Source: Vulcanimicrobiota bacterium (lineage in GTDB: Bacteria; Vulcanimicrobiota; Vulcanimicrobiia; Vulcanimicrobiales; Vulcanimicrobiaceae). Taken from it: DNA of 64,000 bases. The notes beneath the pieces are model-generated. The model was given only the letters and a program-made list of their open reading frames with translations, did no database searches and had not been told where the DNA came from. Position 1 is the stretch's first letter. Every line of letters begins with the position of its first letter. Both the position numbers and the translations under genes were made by a program. Below are positions 1 through 11,562 of the stretch, piece after piece. The stretch covers positions 160,001 through 224,000 of the forward strand of contig OY970223.1 of NCBI GenBank assembly GCA_963714015.1. The letters run 5' to 3'.

Positions 1-92
1 CTTAGACTGCTCTGCCGTCCCTTCCGATGGGTACTTCGTCGTCACTTTTCAGTCTTAGCGCCGCTCTCTACGATCCGAGGAAAGTTAACGTT

Positions 93-1007
93 CTAAGCGG
101 CTCCGCTCAACTCGATGACGCGCGGCCGCAAGTGCAGCCGCTGCAAGACGCCTTCGTAGTCTTCGGGTTTCACATCGCTCCACTTCTTGTCCAGAAGCGC
201 CAGCAGTGCCGCTTCGACGACGTTCGTTCCGAACGAGCGCCCTTGAAACTCGGGCGTCGTCGTAATGAGCAACTTGACGCCGCGTTTGCGCAATTCTTCG
301 ACGTCGCTCTGCGTCACGGTGTTCGTAAGAACGATCTTGCCTTGCAGATCGTCCGGCATGAACTGCCGCATGAAGTGAAAGTCGCCCGCGATGATGTCGG
401 CATCGTGATAGTACTGCGGATACTTGGGCTCCGGCGGTTTGTCTTGCTTCTTCCCGGTCGGATAAAAGAATTGAAACGGCAGCTTGCACGCGTCGGGGAG
501 ATACTTCTCGGCCATCTCCTCGAACTCGTGTAGACCTTTGACCGGTTTGTCGAGATCGAGCGCAAAAATGAAGTCGCCGAAGAGTACGTCGGCGCCGGCG
601 TCGACGAGCGCCTGGGCCATGCCGAAGCGGTCGAGCGCGCTCACCATCAGCACTTTCTTGCCTTTGAGATCGATGTGAAGGTCTTCTTGCATGAAGCGCA
701 CTGCTTCGCGTTCGAGCGTGTTCTTCAGGCCGCTGCCGTCGACCACGGGCGTTACTTTCGCGGCTTCCAGCAAGCGCACTCCGTCGCGTAATGCATAGCG
801 GTGCTTCCCGGCATACAGATACACGTCGATGCCGCCCAAGCCGATGGCGTCGACTTTGCCGTCTAGTTCGTGCACCTTCGCGATAGCCGCGTCGAGTTTG
901 CCATCGGTTCCCACGCGCGAAATATCGAACGTCTCTCCGAGCAAATCCACCATCGCGTGGTGGTCCCGCGAACTGCTCCCCAATGAAACGCTCACTACGC
1001 GTTTCAT
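93..1007 (-). CDS. Conserved protein of the family often labelled 'quinate 5-dehydrogenase' (function unverified)
   Basis: 304-aa ORF with MKRVVSVSLGSS, DAIGLGG, VVDGSGLKNTLE, DRFGMA and GRSFGTNV motifs; last gene of the aminotransferase operon. Confidence 0.65.
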   Translation of the reverse strand: MKRVVSVSLGSSSRDHHAMVDLLGETFDISRVGTDGKLDAAIAKVHELDGKVDAIGLGGIDVYLYAGKHRYALRDGVRLLEAAKVTPVVDGSGLKNTLEREAVRFMQEDLHIDLKGKKVLMVSALDRFGMAQALVDAGADVLFGDFIFALDLDKPVKGLHEFEEMAEKYLPDACKLPFQFFYPTGKKQDKPPEPKYPQYYHDADIIAGDFHFMRQFMPDDLQGKIVLTNTVTQSDVEELRKRGVKLLITTTPEFQGRSFGTNVVEAALLALLDKKWSDVKPEDYEGVLQRLHLRPRVIELSGAA

Positions 1008-1013
1008 TTGAAA

Positions 1014-1250
1014 AGGCGCTCCGGCCTAGCCTGCGCGCCCCCCACGCTAAAGCGTGGGGCCCCCATTTCCGCAAGGCGCCTCATGCGTTCTGCCACTTCA
1101 AAGCCTCCCCGAGGGCGCCGGAAAGATCAGCGCACACACGGGTGAGGCGCTCCGGCCTAGCCTGCGCGCCCCCCACGCTAAAGCGTGGGGCCCCCATTTC
1201 CGCAAGGCGCCTCATGCGTTCTGCCACTTCAAAGCCTCCCCGAGGGCGCC
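1014..1250. repeat. Two identical 106-bp direct repeats (1014-1119 and 1145-1250, 25-bp spacer), each containing the hairpin CCCCACGCT-AA-AGCGTGGGG
   Basis: Read directly from the sequence; hairpins at 1040-1059 and 1171-1190. Confidence 0.9.
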
Positions 1251-2378
1251 CGCGGGATCGGGATTTGTCCGGCGCTTTTCGGCGGCGGCACGGGTTGCCG
1301 CGATTTGTTCAGGTGTGATTGCGGCGTCGAATGCGCGCATGTCGGCAAGCGTGAACCCGCACCGCGTCGCCATCCGCTCGATCTCGATCACTTTTTCGAG
1401 CTCGATGCCGCGGCCGAGCGTATACGACTCCAAGCGGTTTTCCAGCGCGAGCACCATGGTCTCGCTCATGCATGCCAGCGCGGTGCGCGGCGGCAAATTC
1501 GTATCCCAGTCCAGACCCGGTTCGCGGACGCGCTCGAAACGCACGTTACCGGGAACGAGCATGTTTCCGCCTTCGGTCACGAGCACGTCGGGGCGGTCTT
1601 GGGCGACGCGGCGGCTGACGTCATGCGGCAGCGAGAGTTCGCAGACAACGGCGCCCGTTTGAAGATCTTCGGGTTGAATGACCTCTTGCGTGGAACTGGT
1701 CGCAGTCAGGATCAGCTGACCTTGCCGCACTGCTTGGGAAATGTCCGTCGTGAACGAAGAACTGCACGGTAGATCCGCAGCGATCGATTCGTGAAATTTC
1801 GCGAGGCGCGTGTTGTTGCGCGCGACCATCACGACGTGCTTGACCTTCGGCGCGATGAGCTGCACGCACGCGGAGCCAATCGAACCTGTTGCGCCGACGA
1901 CGACCGCGGTGGACTCTGCCGGATCGACGCCCATCTCGCTCGCGCCGCGGAATAAACTTTGAATGCCGGCAGAAATCGTCAGTGAATTGCCGGTCGTTAC
2001 CGGAATCGGCGAGCGCTCCGCGACCGTAATGCCGCCGTCGCCCACGACGCCGGTGAACGCACCCAAGCCCGCTACCTGCGCTCCGAGTTCGGCGCCAATT
2101 TCGATGGCGCGCAGTATGCGTTTGTAAACTTCCTCGCGCGGAAACTCCATGATCTGTTCGGGGAACAGCGCCGCGGAGACGAACCAGCCTTCGGTTTCGC
2201 GGCCGTCGGGCGTTCGCACGCCCGTAACGTGCACGGCGGCCCACGGCGGCATCCACTCCATGATCTTGCGGATAATCGCGGGGCTTTTGCCTTTGGCGCT
2301 CGGTTCGTATCGCTCGATGTCTTCGAGCGACAGCGGATGAACCACGAAGCAAAACTTCGGTGCCGCGTTTGCGCTCAT
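1212..2378 (-). CDS. COG5322-type NAD(P)-dependent dehydrogenase, acyl-ACP reductase-like
   Basis: FCFVVHP N-terminus, LGAFT, TTGNSLT, Rossmann motif VVGATGSIG and ACMSETMVLALE, as in cyanobacterial acyl-ACP reductase-like proteins. Confidence 0.7.
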   Translation of the reverse strand: MSANAAPKFCFVVHPLSLEDIERYEPSAKGKSPAIIRKIMEWMPPWAAVHVTGVRTPDGRETEGWFVSAALFPEQIMEFPREEVYKRILRAIEIGAELGAQVAGLGAFTGVVGDGGITVAERSPIPVTTGNSLTISAGIQSLFRGASEMGVDPAESTAVVVGATGSIGSACVQLIAPKVKHVVMVARNNTRLAKFHESIAADLPCSSSFTTDISQAVRQGQLILTATSSTQEVIQPEDLQTGAVVCELSLPHDVSRRVAQDRPDVLVTEGGNMLVPGNVRFERVREPGLDWDTNLPPRTALACMSETMVLALENRLESYTLGRGIELEKVIEIERMATRCGFTLADMRAFDAAITPEQIAATRAAAEKRRTNPDPAGALGEALKWQNA

Positions 2379-2810
2379 CGTTCGGCCTCTTTTTTCAGAG
2401 CGGCGAGCATCATCTCGCTGTTCTCGCGCACCTTCCGCTCGAGCGTCGGACCGATCAGTTCGGCGAGCGTCGGTACGCCGAAGTCGAAGTCGACGCCGAG
2501 CATGACGTGCGTCTCGCCGCCGTTTTCGCTGAACGTCCAGGAGCCCTCAAATTTGTCCAAGTCGCCCTCGAGCAGTTTGTAGTCGATTCGCAGCCCCTCG
2601 TCGTCGAACCGGTCTTCTTCAATCCATTCGATCGGCGCCTCTTCGACGAGGGTCTTCCACCGCGAGAGCACGCGGTCCGGATGCCGCTCCAGAATGGAGA
2701 TCGACTCCACGTCCGGCATGAACTGCGGAAAGCGCTCTTGTTCTTTAGCTGAATTCGTACACGGCACGAGCTGAAGCGGCGATCACGATGGATGTTTCGA
2801 CGTAAGGCAT
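2375..2810 (-). CDS. SRPBCC/START (polyketide cyclase-like) lipid-binding protein, one frameshift near 2753
   Basis: ATG at 2810 gives MPYVETSIVIAASARAVYE, continuing in another frame as AKEQERFPQFMPDV...EGDLDKFEGSW. Confidence 0.75.
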
Positions 2811-2813
2811 TCG

Positions 2814-4091
2814 TTACAGGGCGCCGAGCTTCTCGCGAGCGGTTTCCAGCCCTGCCTGCAGCGCCGCGAGCGCGCGGTCGACCTCTTCGGAGGTAACCAC
2901 GAGCGGCGGCTCCAGGCGAATGACGCGCTGCATGTTCAGTGTCCATGCAGCCGTTACGCCCCGCTTGACCATCTCCGGAATAATCCAGCCGCCGTAGCCT
3001 TCGCTCGTGAGTTCGATGCCTGCGAGCAACCCCAAACCACGCGCCTCCTTGACGATCTCCGGATAACGCCGGGCGAGTTCATCGGCGCCCGCGAGCAGCT
3101 GCGCACCACGCTCTCGCGCATTGCGCACGAGATCGTCTTCCAAAAGCACGTTCATCGCTGCAAGCGCAGCCGCGCACGCAAGCTCGTTGCCGCCGAACGT
3201 CGAGGTGTGAATCACCGGATCCTTGGCGTAGGCCGCATTCCAGATGCTCGGCCGTGCAATGTACGCGCCGACCGGAATGATGCCGCCCGACAATCCCTTC
3301 GCCAGCGTCATCACGTCCGGAACGACGTCATCGCGATTGCAGCCGAAAAGGAATCCGCAGCGGCCAAGACCGGTTTGGACTTCGTCGGCGATGAAGAGCG
3401 CGCCGGTTCGATCGCAGATCTCGCGAACGCTGCGCAGATACCCGGCAGGCGGAACGTTAACGCCGCCCTCTCCTTGAACGGGTTCTACCACGAACGCCGC
3501 GGCGTCCCGGAGCGCCGCTTCCAACCCGTCGACGGAACCGAACGGTACGTGCTCGACGTCTACGAGCAATGGAGCGAAGGCGTTCCGAAAGTAGTCGCGT
3601 CCGCTCGCCGAAAGCGCGCCCAGCGTTTTGCCGTGGTAGGCATTGTACGTTGCGACGATCTTGCGCCGCTTCGTCGCGGCACGCGAGAGTTTTATTGCAC
3701 CCTCGACGGCTTCCGTACCGCTGTTTGCGAAAAACGATATCTGAAGATCGCCGGGCGCGAGCTCGGCAAGGCGTTTGGAAGCGCGTCCGAGCATGACGTT
3801 GAACATCGTCTTGCCGGAGAGCGACATCAACTCCATCTGCTCTTTGACCGCTGCGATCACTTTCGGGTGACTGTGACCGAGCGTAAAGACGCCGTAGCCG
3901 CCGGCGAAGTCCAAGTACGCTTTGCCGTTATGATCCCAAATCGTGCAGCCTTTCGCGCGAACTTCGACCGGGCTTCCGGAGACTTTCATGACTCGCGCGA
4001 GCGGCGGATTCACGTAATTCTTGTAGTTCTCGTACGTCTCGTCGTACAAGTCTTGACCGGCACTTACCGCGAAAGCGATACTCTCGGTCAT
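2814..4091 (-). CDS. Class III PLP-dependent aminotransferase (putrescine/acetylornithine aminotransferase-like)
   Basis: YLDFAGGYG, NSGTEAVE, EPVQGEGG, FIADEVQTGLGR, LAKGLSGG and HTSTFGGN motifs. Confidence 0.9.
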   Translation of the reverse strand: MTESIAFAVSAGQDLYDETYENYKNYVNPPLARVMKVSGSPVEVRAKGCTIWDHNGKAYLDFAGGYGVFTLGHSHPKVIAAVKEQMELMSLSGKTMFNVMLGRASKRLAELAPGDLQISFFANSGTEAVEGAIKLSRAATKRRKIVATYNAYHGKTLGALSASGRDYFRNAFAPLLVDVEHVPFGSVDGLEAALRDAAAFVVEPVQGEGGVNVPPAGYLRSVREICDRTGALFIADEVQTGLGRCGFLFGCNRDDVVPDVMTLAKGLSGGIIPVGAYIARPSIWNAAYAKDPVIHTSTFGGNELACAAALAAMNVLLEDDLVRNARERGAQLLAGADELARRYPEIVKEARGLGLLAGIELTSEGYGGWIIPEMVKRGVTAAWTLNMQRVIRLEPPLVVTSEEVDRALAALQAGLETAREKLGAL

Positions 4092-5122
4092 GCGGCTGCC
4101 GCGCGTTCGAGCGACGCGATGGTTTCCTCGACGACCGCGACGACGTCGGCCGCGCGATCCAAGTGCATAATGCGCTCGCGAAGAACGGCGGCGTTTGGAA
4201 TTCCTTTCAAATAGAGCGCCAGATGCTTGCGCATTTGCGGAACCGCGCGCGGCTCGCCCAATTCGTCGACCATCGTCCTATAGTGCACGTGAATCGCGTA
4301 GCGCAGCCGATCGGCAGCGCTCGGCACGGGCTGTTCGGGGCGGCCTTCCATCAGGTCCCGGATTTGCGAGATCAGCCACGGATTCCCCAGCGTCGCGCGC
4401 CCCAGCATGATCGCGTCGACGCCGCTCTCCCGCATTCGCCGCATTGCGCTGAACGGTTCGTCCAGATCGCCGTTGCCGATAACGGGAATGTCGATCGCCT
4501 GCTTGAGCGCTTTGATGTGCTCCCAATCCGCGCTTCCTTTATAGAACTGTTTTGCGGTACGGGCGTGGAGCGTCACCGCCTGGATCCCCACGCGCTGCGC
4601 GCGGCGCGCGACTTCGACGTACACGATCTCCGCCTCGCTCCAGCCTAAGCGCATTTTCATGGTGACCGGACAATCCACTGCGCGCACCACGGCATCCATG
4701 ATCCGCTCGCAGCGCTCGACGTCCCGCAGGCAAGCCGAGCCGCCGTTGATCTTGGTGACCTTCGGTGAGGGGCAGCCGAAATTGATGTCCACGATGTCGG
4801 CGCCGCACTCCCGCACGACCTTCGCCGCCTTGGCCATCACCTCGGGATCGTCACCCCAAAGCTGCGTGCTGACCGGCTTCTCCAGTCCGTGCTGATCGAT
4901 CATCTCCATCGTGCGCTTTGCGCTCGAGGCGTACTGGAGCGCATTTGCGGAGACGAACTCGGTCACGGTGAGCCCCAAACCGAACGGCTTATAGAGCGCC
5001 CGCATCGTGCGGTTGGTCACGCCGGACATCGGCGCCAAAATCAGCGGCGGCCAAATCCGGTGCGGGCCAATCGTTAAGGGAGCGACCGGACGAACGGTCT
5101 GAATTGGGTCGGCGCAAGCCAT
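4088..5122 (-). CDS. dusB: tRNA-dihydrouridine synthase B
   Basis: LAPMSGVT, DINFGCP, KMRLGW, LHART, GNGD and GRATLGNPW motifs; start codon inferred. Confidence 0.9.
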   Translation of the reverse strand: MACADPIQTVRPVAPLTIGPHRIWPPLILAPMSGVTNRTMRALYKPFGLGLTVTEFVSANALQYASSAKRTMEMIDQHGLEKPVSTQLWGDDPEVMAKAAKVVRECGADIVDINFGCPSPKVTKINGGSACLRDVERCERIMDAVVRAVDCPVTMKMRLGWSEAEIVYVEVARRAQRVGIQAVTLHARTAKQFYKGSADWEHIKALKQAIDIPVIGNGDLDEPFSAMRRMRESGVDAIMLGRATLGNPWLISQIRDLMEGRPEQPVPSAADRLRYAIHVHYRTMVDELGEPRAVPQMRKHLALYLKGIPNAAVLRERIMHLDRAADVVAVVEETIASLERAAAA

Positions 5123-5220
5123 ACGGAGCGAGTATAGCACGGGTTGTCATCGCCGAGCAGCAGCGCTTCGACGTAAGGCACGAAGCCTCGGGCCGCCCCA
5201 GGTGATCCGGGAGTCCGTCT

Positions 5221-5994
5221 TCATGACGACAGGGATTGGTAGTACCGGCGTAAGCCCAGCAGACTGAGGTGCGGATTGACTTCATAAACGATGTCGCTGT
5301 TGCGCGCAACGACGTCGGCCATGCCGCCGGTCGCGATCACGCGGGCGTCGGCGCCGAGCTCTTCGCGGAAACGGCGCACCAAGCTCTCCGTCTGGCCGAC
5401 GAAACCGTAGACGATGCCCGATTGCAACGAAGATACCGTATCGGTGCCGAGCGCGCGCTTCGGAGCCTCCAGCGCAATTTGCGGCAACTTTGCGGTGCGC
5501 TCGACGAGTGCTTCGATCGAAGTGTTGATTCCCGGGGCGATCGCTACGCCGACGTATTCGCCCTGCGCGGAGATCGCCATGAAGACCGTCGCCGTTCCGT
5601 AACTGATCACGATTAAAGGCGCGCCATAGCGCTCGCGCGCACCGATGGCGCATGCGACCAAATCGGCGCCTACTTCACCGGGCCGCTCGGTGCGGATCGC
5701 CATGAGGTTCTGCCTGTGCGCTTTGAACAATTGCGGCGCACAACCGAAATAGCGCGCCGAAGCTTGCTCGAGCACGTTGTCGAGTTGCGGGACCACGCTG
5801 GCAATCACGACCTCTTCGACGTCCGAATGCTTCAGATTTGCGGTCGCGAGGAGTTGCGAGAAGAACACGCCGTACTCGTCGGCAGTGCGGCGCGAATCCG
5901 TCGTGACGCGCCAAAATTGCAAGAGCTCGCCGCCGCCCGGCTCGAAGCAGCCGAGCTTGGTTTCGGTGTTGCCGACGTCAATGACGAGAAGCAC
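5221..5994 (-). CDS. coaX: Type III pantothenate kinase
   Basis: IDVGNT, SVVP, GAD and IATGG motifs; GAGGA RBS before a GTG; adjacent to coaBC. Confidence 0.9.
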   Translation of the reverse strand: MLLVIDVGNTETKLGCFEPGGGELLQFWRVTTDSRRTADEYGVFFSQLLATANLKHSDVEEVVIASVVPQLDNVLEQASARYFGCAPQLFKAHRQNLMAIRTERPGEVGADLVACAIGARERYGAPLIVISYGTATVFMAISAQGEYVGVAIAPGINTSIEALVERTAKLPQIALEAPKRALGTDTVSSLQSGIVYGFVGQTESLVRRFREELGADARVIATGGMADVVARNSDIVYEVNPHLSLLGLRRYYQSLSS

Positions 5995-7173
5995 GTAATT
6001 CCTCGATGCAGTCGAGAAGACGCGCAGCAAGCACGCTCTTTGAAGCCGATCCAAGCTCGCGGCGCCCCTCGCGTCCCCACAATACCGTCAGCTCGTTCGT
6101 CTGCGCGCCGAAGCCGCGGTTCCCCGAAACGTCGTTCACGGCGATCGCGTCGAGATTCTTACGCGCAAGCTTCTCGCGAGCATTGGACTCGTGGTTCTGC
6201 GTCTCGGCGGCAAATCCGACGACGAAACTCCGTCCTTTGTTTTTCGCGATCTCCGCCAGCACGTCGGGATTTCGAACCATCCGGACGTTTTGATCCTCGC
6301 CGGTCTTCTTGACCTTCTGTTCTTCGCGACGTTCGGGACGCCAGTCCGAAACTGCCGCCGTAGCGACGATCAGATCGGCGCCGCGCGCGTGCTCGAGAGC
6401 CGCCTGCAGCATTTGCTCGGCGTTCTCAACACGCACGGTCCGCGCACCGGCCGGCGGATCCAAATGGGTCGGGCCCAAGATCAGCGTGACATCGGCGCCG
6501 CGCAGGGCTGCTTCCCGCGCCAAGGCGATTCCCGTTTCGCCCGTCGCCGCATTCCCGACGAACCGCACCGGATCGAACGCTTCGCGCGTCGGACCGGCGG
6601 TGATTGCGACGCGCAGTCCCGCTAATGATTGCGATCGCGCGAGCGCGGCTTCCAGCGCGTCAATCAGCGCTTCCTCCGATGCCAGGCGTCCTACTCCATG
6701 CTCGCGTTCGGCCAAGAACCCGCGCTCCGGCTCGACGAACTCGCACCCCCGCTCGCGCAGCGCACGCAGGTTCTCTTGCGTTGCGGGATTGCGAAACATC
6801 GCATCGTTCATTGCGGGCGCCAGGACGATCGGAATTCGCGCCGCAAGCAGCGCGGTCGTGAGCAGGTCGTCCGCGATGCCGTTCGCGAGCTTGGCGATGA
6901 CGTTCGCCGTTGCCGGAACGACCAGCGCGACGTCGGCTTCGCGCACGAGCCGGATGTGCGGAATGCGCTCCGGCGCGTCCCACAATGAGGTGTACACGGG
7001 GCGCGCGGTCAAGGATGCGAACGTGAGGGGCGCAATGAAACGCTCCGCTTCAGCCGTCATGACGACGTCGATAATCGCTCCGCGTTGGACGAGCGTACTG
7101 GTCAATGCGGCGGACTTGTATGCGGCGATGCCGCCCGTCACGCCCAGCAGAATGCGCGCGCCTACAAGCCCCT

Positions 7174-7177
<4 letters not shown>
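5978..7177 (-). CDS. coaBC: Bifunctional phosphopantothenoylcysteine decarboxylase/ligase
   Basis: GVTGGIAAYK, PATAN, APAMN, TAGPTRE, AAVSD and GFAAET motifs. Confidence 0.95.
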
Positions 7178-8332
<1,155 letters not shown>

Positions 8333-8471
8333 TCATTCTCGCTCTTTCGGCGTCCTCTACAGTAGCCGAGCCGGCTGCGGACGAAGGACCGCGGCAACGG
8401 TTGGCGCACACTGGGTATGATGCTTATTCCGGGGCATTAACAATTCCATGACACCGGACGATATTCAGTAA

Positions 8472-8723
8472 GTGACGTTATGGACATCGGAACCGGGCAC
8501 TGAGGCGGAACGGATGAACGACAGGATCGACGAGTTGCTGCATCTCATTGAGGTCGAGCCCGACGCACTGCGCGAGGCCGAATTCATGCAGGCGCAAGCG
8601 ATTCTCGACACGATGATCGGCAAAACTATTACCACTGCCGAAATCGAAGAAACGCGGATCGTAGTCACGACGTCCGACGGCAACAAATACTTTTTCTACG
8701 GATTCTTAGGAGAAGGCAGCTAG
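8472..8723 (+). CDS. Small acidic hypothetical protein
   Basis: 83-aa ORF filling the intergenic gap; no recognisable motif. Confidence 0.55.
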   Translation: MTLWTSEPGTEAERMNDRIDELLHLIEVEPDALREAEFMQAQAILDTMIGKTITTAEIEETRIVVTTSDGNKYFFYGFLGEGS

Positions 8724-8730
8724 CAGCCGT

Positions 8731-9097
8731 CTAGGCTCGCGTTTTTTGCTGAAGACCGTGGATGAACTCCACGATGGCGCTCTGATCGGCTGCGGCGATC
8801 TGCGTAAACGCCACACCATGCGCGAACTGTTGTTTTCCCGCATCGAAGAACGATAGCACGACGCGCGCGCGGATCATCATCTCGCGTTCGTCGTCGGGGA
8901 GCGTAAACCGCAACGTCACGTTTTGTCCGGGAGCTCAAATCGTTTTTGGTAATGACGCGCACGCCGCCGCCGCTCAAATCGACCGCATTACCGTACATCA
9001 CGAGTTCACCGCCCGGAACGATGACCGTTACGGGGAAATCGACAGGAGCCCTAAAGAAGCGCCGCTGTTGCGGAGTGCCGGATTGATCGGTAGTCAC
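8731..9097 (-). CDS. PilZ domain c-di-GMP receptor, frameshift near 8930
   Basis: QRRFFR (RxxxR) and DLSGGG (DxSxxG) motifs; C-terminal HGVAF lies in a second frame. Confidence 0.8.
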
Positions 9098-9137
9098 TAC
9101 GGCTCTATCGTTCTTGAGAAGTCCGGTTCGCCCTGCG

Positions 9138-10392
9138 TCATTCGGCAACGGCTCGCGCGGCAATGAGGGCGCCCAGCATCGAATGTTCGGCCATGACGCC
9201 GCCTTGCAAATAGACTTCGTACGGCTCGCGCAGGGGCGCGTCGCACGAGAGTTCGATTGTGGCGCCGCCGACGAACGCCCCGCTGGACATGATGACGGGA
9301 TCGACGTATCCCGGCACGGCTCCGGGCTCGGGTCGAAACTGCGCGTTTACGGGCAGCGCCGTTTGTAAAGCCTGGGCAAAGCGCCGGAGACTTTTGCGCA
9401 TCTCCCAAACGCACGGACTGCACGATGTCCGTGCGCGTGTCCCCCGGCTGCGGGTCCACCTCGTACCCCAGCGCGGCGAAAAGCGCAGCCGCAAAATCGA
9501 GCCCGCGCAGCGTCTGTTCCACGATCATCGGCGCGATGAACAAGCCTTGGATCAACGCGCGCCCAAAGCCGAGCGTCGGTCCCAGCGCGTCGCCCAATCC
9601 GGGCGCGTACAAGCGCGCGGCAACGCGTTCGATCAAATCCTCGCGGCCGGCAACGTAACCGCCTGCAGGCGCAAGCGATCCGCCCAAGTTTTTGATCAGC
9701 GATCCCATCACCAAATCAGCGCCGGCATGCGTGGGCTCCCGAGACTCGACAAGTTCGCCGTAGCAATCGTCCACCAGAATTGCAACGTCCGGACGCAGTC
9801 GTTTCGCGAGCGAAAAGATTCGCTCGCACTGCGTTACGTCGACGGACGGTCGAGGGGCATAACCGCGCGATCGCTGGACGAACATGGTCGCGACGCGCGG
9901 ATCTTCCAGCTGCTCTGCGATCGACTGCTCGTCGAACAACGCCGGGCTTGCCGATCGCAGTGCAACTTCGCGATAGATCGCGCCGGTCGACGTCAAGCAA
10001 TGCGGTGCCTGCGCGATCGCATTGTGCAGCGTATCGTAAGGCCGGCCGGTCACGCTCAGCAGAACCTTGCCCGGAGGAGTGCATGCAAAGAGCGCAGCAA
10101 CGATTGCGTGCGTTCCGCTGACGAACGACAGCCGAGCCAGCGCACGAGGCACGCCGAATATTCGCGCCAACAGGGACTCGTAACGCTCCCGCGCCGCATC
10201 GTCGTAACCGTAACCGGTCGATCCCGCGAGATCGTGCTCGGCGACGCCTTCTTTCAGGAAGGCCGCCAAGACGTTGGCCTTTACTCGATCTTGCGCCGGA
10301 TATTTCAAGTCGCGGGTCCGGGCGTGCGCGAGAAGCGCCGCATCGCGTACGTCGCCGCGGATGCCGAAGCGGTCGCAAAGAATCTCGATCAC
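9138..10392 (-). CDS. Methionine gamma-lyase family / YnbB aluminium-resistance PLP enzyme, frameshift near 9395
   Basis: STGYGYDD, SGTHAI, GRPYDTL, QRSRGY, VDDCYGE, GSLIKNLGG and GATIELSCD motifs. Confidence 0.85.
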
Positions 10393-11540
10393 GCGTTGGC
10401 GCGAGCTTCGTGTTGTTCGTATGCGCGAACGAACGGCAGGTACAGCACCGTCGCGACCACTAGGTTCACGCACACGAGGCCGATCGCGCGAACGTCCGAA
10501 GTCGCCAAATACGTCGAAGCGAACGTCGGAATACTCGACGGAATCCACAGGGCCGGCCGTGCTACCAGCCCGCCGGCGATTGTGAAGTAGGAGATCGTTG
10601 CCAAAACGATTGGCACGACGACGAACGGAATCGCGAGGAACGGGTTCAACACGATCGGTAATCCGAACACGAGCGGTTCGTTGATGTTGAAGAGCGCGGG
10701 CACTAAGGTCAAGCGTCCGACTTTACGCAGGCGATCCACCTTGCTCATCGCAAGCAATACGACGAGCGGAAGCGTCGCGCCCGCGCCCCCGGGAAAGACG
10801 AACAGGAAGAGCGAGACGACGACGATATGCGGCAGCGGCTGGTGCACGTCGAAGGCGGCGGTATTCTGCTGCTGAAGCGCCAGATATACGGGCGTTACGA
10901 TCGCGGCGAGCGTCGCGGGTCCGTGAACGCCGAAGATCCACAACACCGTTTCCGCCAGCGTTATGACGATCAGCGCGGCATACGTGTCGCCCAGCCGCCC
11001 CATCGGTGCCAGCGCCCAAATCAATGCGTTGCCGAGCGAGAAGTGTACGTCGAAAAGGGCCGCTGTCAACAAGATCGCGAGTGCGGCGGCGAGCGTCTGC
11101 GCGATGAGCCGCGGTCGAATGACGCGCTGCAGCAATACGCTGGCGCCCGCGATCCCAAGCGCGACGATCAGCGCGAGAAAAAGTCCACTCTGCCCAACGC
11201 GTCCCAAATAGGCCAGCGGATCCGCATAGGTGACGGGGCGTGGCAATGCGAGGGTGAACGCGACGAAGGTTCCGGCAACGAGTATTCCACGCTTCAGGTT
11301 GAGCTGCAGCGCAAGCCGGTACGGCAGAACGATTGCCAGAGTGACCGCCATCACGCCGAACGCCGGCAGCTCGGCCAGCGAGATTCGATCGAGCAAACTT
11401 GAGAAAAATGGCCGATGCACCGGGACGACGGCCATGAAAAAGATCAGGCCGGCGACAAGACCGATGATGCTCCACGGCAGCGCGTCGCGCACGGCAACCA
11501 TGGCCGGAGCATCGCCAAAAGCGCGCAAGACCGGCACCAC
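10389..11540 (-). CDS. PTS transporter EIIC component (cellobiose/lactose family)
   Basis: Multi-TM protein with WIFGVHG, GGAGATLPL and FNINEPLVFGLPIVLNP; start approximate. Confidence 0.85.
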   Translation of the reverse strand: MVPVLRAFGDAPAMVAVRDALPWSIIGLVAGLIFFMAVVPVHRPFFSSLLDRISLAELPAFGVMAVTLAIVLPYRLALQLNLKRGILVAGTFVAFTLALPRPVTYADPLAYLGRVGQSGLFLALIVALGIAGASVLLQRVIRPRLIAQTLAAALAILLTAALFDVHFSLGNALIWALAPMGRLGDTYAALIVITLAETVLWIFGVHGPATLAAIVTPVYLALQQQNTAAFDVHQPLPHIVVVSLFLFVFPGGAGATLPLVVLLAMSKVDRLRKVGRLTLVPALFNINEPLVFGLPIVLNPFLAIPFVVVPIVLATISYFTIAGGLVARPALWIPSSIPTFASTYLATSDVRAIGLVCVNLVVATVLYLPFVRAYEQHEARANA

Positions 11541-11562
11541 GCGCCGGTCGAACCAGATAAAG

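Noticed and set aside
1014..1250. CRISPR array
   Set aside because: Only two copies, 106 bp long, including coding sequence, and no cas genes.
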